A stretch of DNA of 64,000 bases. It comes from an uncultured Rikenellaceae bacterium. GTDB lineage: Bacteria > Bacteroidota > Bacteroidia > Bacteroidales > VadinHA17. The position numbers and the translations under genes were made by a program. Each line of letters starts with the position of its first letter. The first letter of the stretch is position 1. The notes beneath the pieces were generated by a model. The model was not told the origin of the DNA and did not search any database. It saw only the letters and a list, made by a program, of their open reading frames with translations. Positions 18,166 through 28,929 of the stretch are shown here, piece by piece. Location: positions 55,002 to 119,001 of the forward strand of contig CAZWHC010000002.1 in the NCBI GenBank assembly GCA_964633505.1, given 5' to 3'.

Positions 18166-20853
18166 ATGCTTTTAACAAAACTGCATATTCCCCCGGCCGG
18201 GCAAAACACAGTTCACCGGACAGCACTGTTTGAAAAACTGGACTCGGGTCTGGGTAGGAAACTGATACTTGTTTCAGCTCCTGCCGGCTATGGCAAAACA
18301 ACCCTGTTAAGCGACTGGATAAACCAGAACAAAATTACTTCTGCATGGCTCTCAATCGACAATGGTGATAATGACCCGGCGGTTTTTTTAAGTTATGTAA
18401 TTTCGGGAATTCAAAGTATTCACGCCGATTTCGGACAAAGTGCCCTTCGCCTTCTAAATTCCCCCAATTCACCCTCTGTAGAATCAATTGCCAGCCTGTT
18501 AATAAACGATCTGCTCATTATAAATAAGAACTTGTTGCTGGTACTTGACGATTTTCATCTGATCAGGAGCGCCGAAGTATTGAAAGTTTTAACCTATTTT
18601 CTGGAGCATATTCCCGGTAATATTCATTTTGTGATTCTGACCCGTTCCGATCCCGCACTATCACTTTCAAGGTTAAGGAGTCAGCATCAGCTGGTAGAAA
18701 TACGTTTATCAGATCTTAGTTTTTCGGCGAATGATATTTCTGTTTTATTCAATAAGAAGCTTAAACTGGCATTATCAATAGATGACGCTTATTCGCTCGA
18801 AACAAAAACAGAAGGATGGATTGCAGGCCTGCAGCTCGCAGCTTTATCACTGCAGGGTCGTGAAGATATCTCTAAATTTGTAAGGGATCTGAAGGGAGAC
18901 AATCGCTATATAATGGATTATCTGATAGAGGAGGTACTAAGGATCCAGACAGATGAGATCAAGGAATTTTTACTTCAGACCTCAATACTGGAGCAAATGT
19001 CAGCTCCTCTTTGCAACACTGTTTTGAACAGAAATGACAGCCAGTTGATCCTTGAAACCCTTGAAAGAGATAACATGTTTGTAATACCTCTCGATAATGA
19101 GAGAAACTGGTACAGGTATCATCACCTCTTTGCCGACTTATTAAAACAAAGACTTTTACTCCAATCTGATTTGCAGCTTGAGAGGCTACATAATAAGGCA
19201 AGCGACTGGTATGATGAAAATTCATTGCCCGAGCTGGCTATATATCATGCTCTGGAGACCAGAAACTTTGAGCATGCTATCCGGATTCTCAGCCGCACTG
19301 TTGAGAGAATGTGGGAGATAGGCCAGCATTCAGCCATTCTCAGGTATGGCAACCTTCTGCCCGACGAGGTTATTAAAAGTAATCACGAATTTGCATTGTA
19401 CTATTCATGGATTTTAATCACAGCAGGACAGGTAGCAGAGTCTGAAAAATTTCTTGACTACGCACAAAAAGCCATAGATTCCGTAATCAGGGGAGAAGGA
19501 TTGGCAAAGAAAGCCATCCCTGAAAATAAGTTTCTTTTCGGGAAACTCGCAACTACACTGGCCTATATGAAATTATTTTCAGCGCCCCCGGAAACAATAA
19601 TTAAATACAGTGAAATTGCAATTGATAACCTTTCCGGAGCCAACCCGCTGTGGACAGGATGGGCATGGTATTTCATCGGGAATGCTGAACTGGTAAGAGG
19701 TGATGTGCATAAGGGTCTGGATGCATTTGATAGCGCTCTCGAGTACAGCAGGAAAACAGATAATATTTATCTTATTGCAACGATAACCTCAGCAATTGTG
19801 TCACGCCGGTGTGCGTTGGGACAGTACAGGCATGCATTTGCTCTGTGCGCCGACACACTTTCGCTTTTGAACAGGCGTGGTTTTTCAGGTATTGCAAAGG
19901 TTGAATGGACTTTCACCGGACTCTTTTCAATGATGTCAGTGATTCAATGTATCTGGACAAATTATGATGAAGCTCTCGAAAACGCCAAAACAGCGTATCA
20001 GTTATGTGAAAATGCCAGGGATATCAGGTATAAGATAATGGCGTTACTGGCTTATTCATATGCTCTTCATGCTGTTGAAGACAAGGAAAGAGCCTTTGAC
20101 AAAATTGGCGAGCTGGAGGATGTGCTGAAGAGGTATAAAATAGCGCCATTTCTTGCATCCACTTATATCGGCTGGAAAATAAACCTGCTTATCGAGAAAC
20201 ATGAAATCAACAAAGCTGCAAATTTTGCTAAAGAAGTAGGATTGGGACAACATATTAAGTTGTCTTTTGAAACCTTGTATTCATATATTTATTTTGCCCG
20301 TTTACTGCTTCAACAGAACGAATGCATCAGAGCAGAAGAGCTTATGTCGGAGATATATGTAATTGCAAAAAAATCGAATGGAATTGAAAGACTGATCGAC
20401 CTTAAGCTTGTTTATGTATTGATGTATTTAAGGAGGAACGAACATGAAAAAGCGGTATCAGAATTAATAAACGCACTTGAAATGGCAGCCTATGAAAATT
20501 TGATAATACATTTCCTTTTTGACCTCGACCAGACGAGTGTTCTGCTGAATGATGTTTACACGAGGCAGGCCAGGGGAAAGACAAGTATATCCGACAGCTT
20601 TATGCAAAAGTTCAGGAAGGCTGTTGATTCAAAGATCAGGCAATCAAAAGGATCACACGATCTGGGATTTAGTGCCCGTGAAATTGAAACACTGAAATTC
20701 ATGGCAGAAGACCTTTCAAACCAGGAGATTGCTGACAGACTATTTGTTTCAGTTAATACTGTTAAGTCGCACCTGAAGAATATTTTCATGAAGCTGGATG
20801 TTGACAACCGCGCAAAGGCCGTTAAGAAAGCTAAACTGCTCAGCCTGGTCTGA
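18166..20853 (+). CDS. MalT-like LuxR-family ATP-dependent transcriptional regulator
   Basis: TKLHIPP, Walker A APAGYGKTT, LVLDDFH, TEGWIAGLQL, YRYHHLFADLL; C-terminal LuxR HTH (SNQEIADRLFVSVNTVKSHLKNIFMKLDV). Confidence 0.95.
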   Translation: MLLTKLHIPPAGQNTVHRTALFEKLDSGLGRKLILVSAPAGYGKTTLLSDWINQNKITSAWLSIDNGDNDPAVFLSYVISGIQSIHADFGQSALRLLNSPNSPSVESIASLLINDLLIINKNLLLVLDDFHLIRSAEVLKVLTYFLEHIPGNIHFVILTRSDPALSLSRLRSQHQLVEIRLSDLSFSANDISVLFNKKLKLALSIDDAYSLETKTEGWIAGLQLAALSLQGREDISKFVRDLKGDNRYIMDYLIEEVLRIQTDEIKEFLLQTSILEQMSAPLCNTVLNRNDSQLILETLERDNMFVIPLDNERNWYRYHHLFADLLKQRLLLQSDLQLERLHNKASDWYDENSLPELAIYHALETRNFEHAIRILSRTVERMWEIGQHSAILRYGNLLPDEVIKSNHEFALYYSWILITAGQVAESEKFLDYAQKAIDSVIRGEGLAKKAIPENKFLFGKLATTLAYMKLFSAPPETIIKYSEIAIDNLSGANPLWTGWAWYFIGNAELVRGDVHKGLDAFDSALEYSRKTDNIYLIATITSAIVSRRCALGQYRHAFALCADTLSLLNRRGFSGIAKVEWTFTGLFSMMSVIQCIWTNYDEALENAKTAYQLCENARDIRYKIMALLAYSYALHAVEDKERAFDKIGELEDVLKRYKIAPFLASTYIGWKINLLIEKHEINKAANFAKEVGLGQHIKLSFETLYSYIYFARLLLQQNECIRAEELMSEIYVIAKKSNGIERLIDLKLVYVLMYLRRNEHEKAVSELINALEMAAYENLIIHFLFDLDQTSVLLNDVYTRQARGKTSISDSFMQKFRKAVDSKIRQSKGSHDLGFSAREIETLKFMAEDLSNQEIADRLFVSVNTVKSHLKNIFMKLDVDNRAKAVKKAKLLSLV

Positions 20854-20874
20854 AAACAACAAAATCATAAGTAA

Positions 20875-20913
20875 AATCACCCTCAGAATCACCCGTACGG
20901 GTGATTTTTTTTT
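20875..20913 (+). promoter_or_regulatory. AATCACCC direct repeat plus perfect 20-bp palindrome with U-tract (operator and/or intrinsic terminator)
   Basis: AATCACCC at 20875; AATCACCCGTACGGGTGATT at 20887-20906 followed by a T run. Confidence 0.6.
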
Positions 20914-20947
20914 GCCGGGTGTCTCTGACCTTTGCTGAGTATTTAGT

Positions 20948-21160
20948 ATGATAAAAATGAAAGGCAAAACAAGAATAGTGGTTAAGGGGCATCTCGATCA
21001 GGAATGGACAAATCGTTTTGAAGGTATGAAAATCAGCTATGAAGCAGGCAGCACAATTCTTTCCGGAAACCTTAAGGATGATTCACATCTGCATGGGATA
21101 CTGGAGATCATTCGCGATTTAAACTTAACACTTATATCAGTTAATCCTGATGGAAACTAG
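20948..21160 (+). CDS. small protein of the family typically downstream of MalT-like regulators
   Basis: RIVVKGHLDQEW...FEGMKI...T.L.G.L.D...LHG.L..IRDLNL.LISV. Confidence 0.75.
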   Translation: MIKMKGKTRIVVKGHLDQEWTNRFEGMKISYEAGSTILSGNLKDDSHLHGILEIIRDLNLTLISVNPDGN

Positions 21161-21785
21161 AATAACCAAAAACAAATTTTTTAATCCATCTGATATGAGA
21201 AGATTAATCTTAACAACCCTAATGATCGCTTTGTTTTCAGCACTGGCATTTTGCCAGACTGAAAACAATGACGAAGATTTCAAAAGGCATTCAATTGGAA
21301 GTTCCCTTTTCCTCCTGGGGAATATTGGCGATTCAGTAAGATTCATGCAATTAAACTACGGCTACCGGCTTACCCCAAAGGACAACTTAATCATTGAAGC
21401 CATCTCCTGGACATACTATGAACCGTTAGGCACCTATGGATCTTCGGAAGAGCTTTATCCCGGGAAAGTAACTGCCTGGGGCATTGGCCTTGGATATCAG
21501 CGATTCTTATGGAGGAACCTCTTTACAACAGTTGAGCCAACCTTCTTCCTTCAACAATTCTATGATACCAACGACACAAAAATCCAGAAGGGATTCCAGT
21601 TGTATCTTCAGTTTATAGCGGGATACCGTTTAAATTTCTTTAAAAAGAGGTTATTTATTGAGCCAGCCATCGCTCTCAAATACTGGCCTGTAAACACCAA
21701 TTTCCCTGCATCCTTTGCATCTGTTGAAAACGGCGTACAAAAATACAAATTTGAGCCTGCGTTGAATTTTGGATTTACATTCTGA
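21150..21785 (+). CDS. putative outer-membrane beta-barrel protein (paralog A)
   Basis: Signal peptide, alternating aromatic strands, C-terminal Phe (LNFGFTF). Confidence 0.75.
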   Translation: METRITKNKFFNPSDMRRLILTTLMIALFSALAFCQTENNDEDFKRHSIGSSLFLLGNIGDSVRFMQLNYGYRLTPKDNLIIEAISWTYYEPLGTYGSSEELYPGKVTAWGIGLGYQRFLWRNLFTTVEPTFFLQQFYDTNDTKIQKGFQLYLQFIAGYRLNFFKKRLFIEPAIALKYWPVNTNFPASFASVENGVQKYKFEPALNFGFTF

Positions 21786-21836
21786 TTTGTTTGCCAATAA
21801 AGAAGAAAACCGATGGTAGTTTAAATAATAGTAATA

Positions 21837-22481
21837 ATGAAAAAGATAATTTCAACAACTTTTATGATTGCCATGCTTGCAGCAATGGCATTCAGTCAAG
21901 ACTCTCGAACGAATGAGAGAGGTGCAGCCAAAAACTCATTTTCTTCCTACAAATTCTCGGTAAGCACTACATACCTGACTTTCATGAATTTTGGCGACGA
22001 GAAAACAAATACTCACCATTACGAGTTCCATTTTGGATACCAGTTAAATTACAGGGATAAAATCGGTATCAAAGTGGCCTCATGGAAACTTTTTGCACCA
22101 ATGGGAATACCAATGTGGGATCCGCTCTTTCAGGATGAAAGTGAATTCTTTCCGGGAAGGCTGGCAGAATGCGGTATCGGTGTTACATATCAGCGGATAC
22201 TATGGAAGAGACTTTTCGCTACTATTGAAGTTCTACCATTATTTAAAACTTACCTGGACGAAAATAATAAGGAAACAGGTAATGGTTTCAAGTTATATAC
22301 AACATTCCATCTTGGTTACCACATAGGTTTGTTTAAAAACAGGATGTTTATTGAACCTCAAATTCATTTTAATTATTGGCCAATCGACTCAAAAGCTCCC
22401 CAAAGTTTTGAAGAAAGAGAGAGCAAATGGAATAATTATTTCCTGTTTGAACCCAATTTATATATAGGGATCAATTTTTAA
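21837..22481 (+). CDS. putative outer-membrane beta-barrel protein (paralog B)
   Basis: Shares motifs with 21150-21785 (YQR.LW..LF.T.E, GF.LY.....GY, R.FIEP, .WP); ends LYIGINF. Confidence 0.75.
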   Translation: MKKIISTTFMIAMLAAMAFSQDSRTNERGAAKNSFSSYKFSVSTTYLTFMNFGDEKTNTHHYEFHFGYQLNYRDKIGIKVASWKLFAPMGIPMWDPLFQDESEFFPGRLAECGIGVTYQRILWKRLFATIEVLPLFKTYLDENNKETGNGFKLYTTFHLGYHIGLFKNRMFIEPQIHFNYWPIDSKAPQSFEERESKWNNYFLFEPNLYIGINF

Positions 22482-22529
22482 AAAACATCAAAGGCAGAAT
22501 CAGTTTACCCATATTTAAAAATCAGACAA

Positions 22530-22961
22530 ATGAAATCAATAAATCTAAAAAGCGTCCTGATAACAGGATTTATATCCGGGATTATTATACTTATCAGCGC
22601 ACTTTCAATGGTTCCGGCAGTCGGAAATGAGATGGATGAGATACTTGCCGGCAGAGGTTTACCTCCGTTGAGTAACTGGGCAATGGTATTCTTCTGTTTT
22701 GTCAGCATCAGTAATGGAATTCTATTAGCGTTTCTTTACTCAATATTAAAACCACTATTTTTATCAAAGATTAAAACGGCAATTATTTCGTCATTAATAG
22801 TCTTCTTTTTTGGCTATGTTCTTAGTAATGCATCGTTGGTGGCTTATGGATTTATGCCTTTAAAATTCACAATAATTGGTACCGCCTGGGGACTGGGTGA
22901 ACTATTGCTTGCAGGGCTGGTGGGTTCGAGATTATATAAAGAAGTTAACAAAAGTAATTAA
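22530..22961 (+). CDS. membrane protein
   Basis: 143 aa with 4 hydrophobic helices. Confidence 0.7.
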   Translation: MKSINLKSVLITGFISGIIILISALSMVPAVGNEMDEILAGRGLPPLSNWAMVFFCFVSISNGILLAFLYSILKPLFLSKIKTAIISSLIVFFFGYVLSNASLVAYGFMPLKFTIIGTAWGLGELLLAGLVGSRLYKEVNKSN

Positions 22962-23018
22962 GCTTGCACCAATGGAGAAATAATGATTATCAGAATTAAT
23001 TATTAAAAAGAATATATT

Positions 23019-24089
23019 ATGAAAAAATTTGTAACTGCTGCACTGTTACTCTCAATCCTGTTCTCATGTAGAAATAAAAATAAAAATAACGAGGATGAGT
23101 TTTTTGTATTTGAACCCGATATAAGGCTTTTTACAAGTTATGCATTTATGAATGCCGCCGGATATGACCATGACTGGAATCCTTCAATGCATCCAATAAG
23201 AGTTGAAGTCAGACAATACCTTGATTCAATACTCACTGATGATTACAAAAAAGCTATTCATAAATATTATGAAAAATATGGAGGTGGAGATTTTTACGGA
23301 TATGGCGTTTATGCAATAAATTCTAGAAATCCTCCCGATTTTGGTTTACTGTGTGATTCCTGCAGAAATGAGGATATTAGCAAGTTCGTTTCGTATGATT
23401 CCCTGCTTAAGGATTTTTATGTAAAAGCGAATATTACGGAACTTTGGAAAAGGGAATTTAAAAAACTCAATGCTATCAACCAACAATACAAACCATTTGC
23501 TGAAATAGCCATTAAGCAGATAACAGAGTTTTGCAGGGTTGATTCCAATTACTTCCGGGATAAAGCAGATGGGAGATTCTACTACCAACAGATCCCTTTA
23601 ATGTCATATTTTACAGCTTTTTTTCATGAAACCGGCAGTGATTACTGGGTTATCAGCGGCCCCACTAAAGGAGAAGCTGATCCGAGTGCATTTTATCATG
23701 AACCGTTACATAAAATAATCAATCCTATTGTCGAGGCTTATCCGGTGGTTAATATCCGAATAAAGGAACTGGCTGATCTTGCACAGGAAAGATTACAGGG
23801 CGACTATAATGATGTCACTTCCGTAATTTGTGAATCTCTTGTAAGGACGATCGACAGGATACTTTGTGCACGTTACGGAAATCTGTCTGATGCCGAACTC
23901 AGGGAGATAGTGGAGGATGAATACCGCCTTGGCCATATACTCTCTTTATATCTGCTGGAAAACCTTCCTGCCTATGAAGCCGGAAATAGTACACTGAAGG
24001 AATATTATCCTGAGTTGATTTCAAATATCGATATTGAACATGAAAAAGAAAGATGGAAATACTATTGGGAAAAACAGGGAAATAAATAG
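23019..24089 (+). CDS. lipoprotein, DUF4932-like (possible zincin, HEPLH)
   Basis: Lipobox LFSC; FYHEPLHK motif. Confidence 0.6.
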   Translation: MKKFVTAALLLSILFSCRNKNKNNEDEFFVFEPDIRLFTSYAFMNAAGYDHDWNPSMHPIRVEVRQYLDSILTDDYKKAIHKYYEKYGGGDFYGYGVYAINSRNPPDFGLLCDSCRNEDISKFVSYDSLLKDFYVKANITELWKREFKKLNAINQQYKPFAEIAIKQITEFCRVDSNYFRDKADGRFYYQQIPLMSYFTAFFHETGSDYWVISGPTKGEADPSAFYHEPLHKIINPIVEAYPVVNIRIKELADLAQERLQGDYNDVTSVICESLVRTIDRILCARYGNLSDAELREIVEDEYRLGHILSLYLLENLPAYEAGNSTLKEYYPELISNIDIEHEKERWKYYWEKQGNK

Positions 24090-24281
24090 AGTACGAAGAT
24101 TACACTTCCATTTAAGAATACTTTCCCTGTAAATATTAAGAGCGCCTCCTGGCCGGATTCTTTTCAAGTGTTCAATTAGGCCATCTTTCCTAAGATATCT
24201 TGATAATTGTTCATTATTGGCTATGTATTTCTCAGATGAAAAAAGTAATTTGGTACAACTTTTTGACTATCTGATTATAAA

Positions 24282-25403
24282 ATGGAATCCATTTTATTGT
24301 TTGGAGTATTTGAGGGATTAATAATCTTTCTTTTGATCTTTCTGAAACGGAGGAAGACGGTTTCAGACTACCTGTTGTCATCTTTCTTCCTGATTTATTC
24401 ATTAAATACTTTCCTGAGTTATCTGGAAATATACAATCGCTCACACGGATTTCCTTACCCGCTTTTCTTCTTTATTTCCACTCCGTTTTTATTACTGCAC
24501 TGGCCGATTTTATGGCTGTACGTAAAATCGCTTACCGATCAGCATTTTAAGTTCAGACCTGTATATCTCCTGAACCTGATACCCTTTGTCCTTTGCATTG
24601 TGCTCTTTACCTTTGAATATTATACAAGGCCTCTGAATGAAAAGATAGTAAAACTTCAATCGGAATCATTTAAACAACAGTGGGATTATCCGGCTGTTAT
24701 TCTCACAATGACTTTATCGTCACTTATTTACCTTTCGTGGGCAGCAGTGCTTGTAAAGCGCTACAACCGTAAGATAAAAGTGTATTTTTCCGAAACCTCC
24801 AGGTACGATCTGTATTGGCTTCGCGTGTTGATGATAGCTTCGGCCGTGATTTATACGATCATTTATATGGCTTTTGCAATTGATCTGATTACTCCGCTGG
24901 CACCATTCAAATGGATGCACCAGGCGAGTTTCTTACTGGGTTCGGTTTATATAATTATCCTGGGATTTTTTGGGCACCGCCAGGGTAACCTGTTTTCAGA
25001 AAAAGCAATTGGGATTGAGCTTAAGGAACCCGGGCCGTCTTCAGAGATCAGATATTCATTAACCAGAAAGGAGAAAGATTTTATTCTTTTCCTTCTGAAT
25101 TATATGAACGAAAACAAACCCTTCCTGATCCCAGAGATAACCCTTTCAACTCTGGCTTCAGAACTGGAAGTTACACCCGATTACCTGTCCGGAATCATTA
25201 ACAATAAACTTGGAAAGAATTTCTTCGATTTTATCAATCACTACCGCATCGAAGAGTTTAAAACACGTTCCCTGGCAGCTGAAAACAAAAAATTCACTCT
25301 TCTCTCAATAGCTTATGAATGTGGATTCAATTCAAAAGCCACTTTCAACCGTGTTTTCAAAAATGTAACCGGTATTACCCCGGGAGAATTTGTCAACCGG
25401 TAA
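24282..25403 (+). CDS. membrane-anchored AraC-family transcriptional regulator
   Basis: N-terminal TM helices; NFFDFINHYRIEE, AYECGFNSKATFNRVFKNVTGITP. Confidence 0.93.
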   Translation: MESILLFGVFEGLIIFLLIFLKRRKTVSDYLLSSFFLIYSLNTFLSYLEIYNRSHGFPYPLFFFISTPFLLLHWPILWLYVKSLTDQHFKFRPVYLLNLIPFVLCIVLFTFEYYTRPLNEKIVKLQSESFKQQWDYPAVILTMTLSSLIYLSWAAVLVKRYNRKIKVYFSETSRYDLYWLRVLMIASAVIYTIIYMAFAIDLITPLAPFKWMHQASFLLGSVYIIILGFFGHRQGNLFSEKAIGIELKEPGPSSEIRYSLTRKEKDFILFLLNYMNENKPFLIPEITLSTLASELEVTPDYLSGIINNKLGKNFFDFINHYRIEEFKTRSLAAENKKFTLLSIAYECGFNSKATFNRVFKNVTGITPGEFVNR

Positions 25404-25526
25404 ATCGCTGCTCCCGTTCGAAAAAATGCCGCTGGTCTCATTAAAGTGAGACTTTTTTTTTTCACAAAAGGGATTCTTTGGGACCTCCTCACAGTTTGTT
25501 GAGACCCCTGTCATTCGGGCCTCATC

Positions 25527-25534
25527 TACCTTTG
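25527..25534 (+). promoter_or_regulatory. Bacteroidota -7 promoter element (TACCTTTG)
   Basis: TAnnTTTG about 26 bp upstream of the flavodoxin gene. Confidence 0.55.
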
Positions 25535-25560
25535 TGTCATAATCTCAATACACGAAAGTA

Positions 25561-26085
25561 ATGAAGACAGCTGTTATTTACGCATCAAAGCATGGCACAA
25601 CCCGTTGTGTGGCACAAAAGATAAAGGACCTTCTGTCGGGCGACGAGGTTGTCCTGTTTAATCTCGACAATCAAAACCGGATCGAACTCAGTCACTTCGG
25701 GCGCATCCTTATCGGAAGTCCTCTGTATTCAGGCACGCCGTTGCCGGCTGTCAGGAAGTTTATCGAACAGAATCTTCTGTTCCTGCTTCAGAAGGAAATT
25801 GGAATTTTTGTCTGTTGCATGTTCTTTGACAAAGTTGAAAAGCAGATCATCAAAGGATTTCCGGAAGTGCTCAGGAATCATGCACGCAGCATTAAAAACA
25901 TGGGAGGGGAATACCGGTTTGAGGAAATGAACTATATCGAACGCCTTGTGGTAAAGAAAATTTCCGGGGCTACAGGCAGTGTTTCTGAGATCAATGTCAG
26001 GAACATCGAATTATTTGTCAGGGAATTGACGGCCTCAACATCCTTACCCTCCCTCAATTTATCAGATTCATTTGTAAAACTTTAA
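25561..26085 (+). CDS. flavodoxin-domain protein (HemG-like)
   Basis: IYASKHGTT, ILIGSPLYSG, GGEYRFEEMNYIER. Confidence 0.88.
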   Translation: MKTAVIYASKHGTTRCVAQKIKDLLSGDEVVLFNLDNQNRIELSHFGRILIGSPLYSGTPLPAVRKFIEQNLLFLLQKEIGIFVCCMFFDKVEKQIIKGFPEVLRNHARSIKNMGGEYRFEEMNYIERLVVKKISGATGSVSEINVRNIELFVRELTASTSLPSLNLSDSFVKL

Positions 26086-26097
26086 AAATAAATTACC

Positions 26098-27441
26098 ATG
26101 GACTATTTACGTTGTTTCATAATCACTTTCGGTGTGTTTAACGCAGCAGGTGTCATTATGCTGATTTTCGCAGTCTTCCTTATCCTCTCCTGGCTGACAG
26201 CCTTCTTTTTGGAAAGTTTTCTGTTTCTTACAGTTGTTCTTGTAGTTTTTGCTTTAAATAGTCTTTTGCAAGGTATCTCCTATTTATTTGCCCGTAGGGA
26301 AGGGAAATCATCCCTGGTTCATTCTTTTCCCGTAATGCTTATGTTTCTTCCGGGGCTGAAAGCGAATTGCCAGACTGCTGAGGTTGACCAGAAGAGCCTG
26401 AAAACATACAGCAGGTTCGTTTTTCCTTTTAGCTTAAATGAAGAACCTATGAATCGCCTGCTTGTTGCCAGTTTTAAGGATGATGCCGAATATGAGGGAA
26501 TCGAACCTCAAATGTTTGACAGTCCTGCAAGTAAGGGTTTAAAGATTCTTATGTACAGAAAAGACAAGAAGGTTGATGTATATTATGAGCCGGGAGTCCA
26601 TTTTGATGAAAAGACCTTCACCCTTGGCGACGGCCTTGGCTATACAGCTGAGACTGTTATGTCGCCATCACGGTTTGTTATTACAGAAAATGGAGTCGAT
26701 ATTGATATTGCCTTTAAAGATAAATCCGGGCTTAACGTTAAAATACTCATTAAGGAAAACACACAGAACATTCATCCCTTTCCTTTTCTTGCTCCTGTGG
26801 GAAATAATGTAAAGGATCCCGACAAACTTTTTGCAGTCTATATGAAGGAATTCGATTTCGTGAGAAGAGAAGGAACAACTGTCCATGTTACAGTTGGCGA
26901 AAGGGAACTTACACCTGCAAGCTTTCCAATTTCAAGAGACAGGCAAAAAGTATACCTCATGCGTTATGCATCCAGTCTTGTAATTGGCGAAATAAATGCA
27001 TCGATAACAAAACCTTTTGTTATTGAAAATGCTACCCCCGGAATAATCAAAACCGGGAATCTGAACCTGCTTTTTAACGGGGATAATGAAGTAAAAAGTT
27101 GCTGGATCGAATCGAAATCTGACAGAATTGAATTGAACTTTGAAGACGGCTTCCCAAACCTACTAACATTGCCACATAGCACAAAAGTCGATGGAACCTG
27201 GCAATATGCCGTATCCGGTGAAGTGCTTTTCGGGGGTAAGTATTCACTTCTGAGAGATGACAGTAAAGTTTATATCGAGTTTGATGTAACGAAAAAATGG
27301 GAACCTCAAAATATCCCGTTCAGTTTTAAGATATTTACCGGTATCGTTAGATCATTCAGGACATGGCCGGTTTCTTATAAATGGAATGCCAACGTCGATT
27401 TAAACAGAATGTCGGTTGAGAGCAAATGGCAAAGGAAATAG
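26098..27441 (+). CDS. hypothetical protein with N-terminal TM segments
   Basis: 447-aa ORF co-oriented 12 bp after the flavodoxin gene. Confidence 0.7.
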   Translation: MDYLRCFIITFGVFNAAGVIMLIFAVFLILSWLTAFFLESFLFLTVVLVVFALNSLLQGISYLFARREGKSSLVHSFPVMLMFLPGLKANCQTAEVDQKSLKTYSRFVFPFSLNEEPMNRLLVASFKDDAEYEGIEPQMFDSPASKGLKILMYRKDKKVDVYYEPGVHFDEKTFTLGDGLGYTAETVMSPSRFVITENGVDIDIAFKDKSGLNVKILIKENTQNIHPFPFLAPVGNNVKDPDKLFAVYMKEFDFVRREGTTVHVTVGERELTPASFPISRDRQKVYLMRYASSLVIGEINASITKPFVIENATPGIIKTGNLNLLFNGDNEVKSCWIESKSDRIELNFEDGFPNLLTLPHSTKVDGTWQYAVSGEVLFGGKYSLLRDDSKVYIEFDVTKKWEPQNIPFSFKIFTGIVRSFRTWPVSYKWNANVDLNRMSVESKWQRK

Positions 27442-27558
27442 GGGATAGCTCGCAGAATCCCGAGAGATGCTCAGGGACAATTCGCGAGCCGGTTGACGTG
27501 ACTTCATTTCACCGGCAGAACGTGCAATAATTAGCTATCTTTGCGGCTTTCAAATTCA

Positions 27559-28872
27559 GTGGATACAAGCTATAAGCTGACATACCGGAGGATTTTTCTT
27601 TTCTGGGGACCCCTGGCTCTTACCTGGCTGATGATGGCCCTTGAGCAGCCAATCCTTATCGCCTTTATCGCCAGGTTAAATGATGCAAAATTCAACCTGG
27701 CTGCATTTGGGATTGCAGGTTCGTTTGCGATGATAATTGAATCACCGATTATTATGCTGATGAGTGCTTCCACGGCTCTCGTCACCGGACGCAATTCCTA
27801 TAAGAAGCTTAAACTCTTCACGGACATTCTTAATGCAGTTATTACGGGTATTCAGATAATCATACTTATACCCCCTGTATTCAACTACATTGTTACCGGC
27901 CTGATGGAAGTGCCGGAAGATGTTGCACGACTTGCCCATGTTGCCCTTGTTATATTTCTTCCCTGGGCAGCGTCAATAGGGTACAGAAGGTTCTATCAGG
28001 GGATACTGATAAGGAATAACCTGACCAGAAGGATAACTTACGGAACACTAATCAGGCTGTCGGTTATAATGATTACAGGACTGCTGCTTTATATTGCAGG
28101 AATAAACGGAGCATATGTCGGCGCTGCCGCTATGTCGCTTGCTGTTGTCAGTGAAGCTGTAGCAACCAGGATAATGGTTTCCCGCACGCTTAAAGATATT
28201 CTTCAGAAGGAAGATACTGAAAATAGTAAACTCGGCCTTAGAACAATTACGAAATTCTATTTTCCGCTTGCACTAACTTCTGTCTTATCCCTCGGTGTGC
28301 ATCCTTTCGTTACTTTCTTCCTGGGCCGTAGCTATATGGCGGTTGAATCGCTGGCTGTTCTGCCTGTTGTGAGTTCCCTTGTGTTTATCTTCAGAAGCAT
28401 GGGATTATCATACCAGGAGGTGAATATTGCATTGATTGGAAAGGAAAAGCAGAACTATAGGGTATTAAGGAATTTTGCGTTTTACCTTGGACTGCTTGTA
28501 ACGGTCCTGATAGCTCTGCTGGCCTTCACTCCGCTTGCTGAATACTGGTTCATAAATGTCTCCGGCCTGAGTACAGACCTTGCTGCCCTTTCGTATCTCC
28601 CGCTTAAAATAATGATACTTTTGCCTGCAATGACTGTACTCCTGAACTTCCAGAGATCATCACTTATAATAAGCGGTAGCACTGTCCCAATCTCAATAGC
28701 AACAGCAGTAGAACTTGTTGGGATAATTGCGGTATTGCTCGTGTGTGTCGTATTTCTGAACCTTATCGGTGTTGTTGCTGCCTCAATTGCTTTTATAGCC
28801 GGGAAAGGATTTTCAAACCTTTATCTGGTACCAAAACAGACGGCAGCTGTCAGAATCTGGAATAAACAGTGA
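27559..28872 (+). CDS. MATE-like multi-pass membrane protein
   Basis: About 12 TM segments in two repeats (FWGPLALTWLMM / FYFPLALTSVL); start uncertain (GTG 27559); TATCTTTG promoter element at 27536. Confidence 0.75.
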   Translation: MDTSYKLTYRRIFLFWGPLALTWLMMALEQPILIAFIARLNDAKFNLAAFGIAGSFAMIIESPIIMLMSASTALVTGRNSYKKLKLFTDILNAVITGIQIIILIPPVFNYIVTGLMEVPEDVARLAHVALVIFLPWAASIGYRRFYQGILIRNNLTRRITYGTLIRLSVIMITGLLLYIAGINGAYVGAAAMSLAVVSEAVATRIMVSRTLKDILQKEDTENSKLGLRTITKFYFPLALTSVLSLGVHPFVTFFLGRSYMAVESLAVLPVVSSLVFIFRSMGLSYQEVNIALIGKEKQNYRVLRNFAFYLGLLVTVLIALLAFTPLAEYWFINVSGLSTDLAALSYLPLKIMILLPAMTVLLNFQRSSLIISGSTVPISIATAVELVGIIAVLLVCVVFLNLIGVVAASIAFIAGKGFSNLYLVPKQTAAVRIWNKQ

Positions 28873-28929
28873 ACATATAATCCCTGATCGAAATCAGTAA
28901 ATGATGAATGTATAAATAAAATAATGCTG

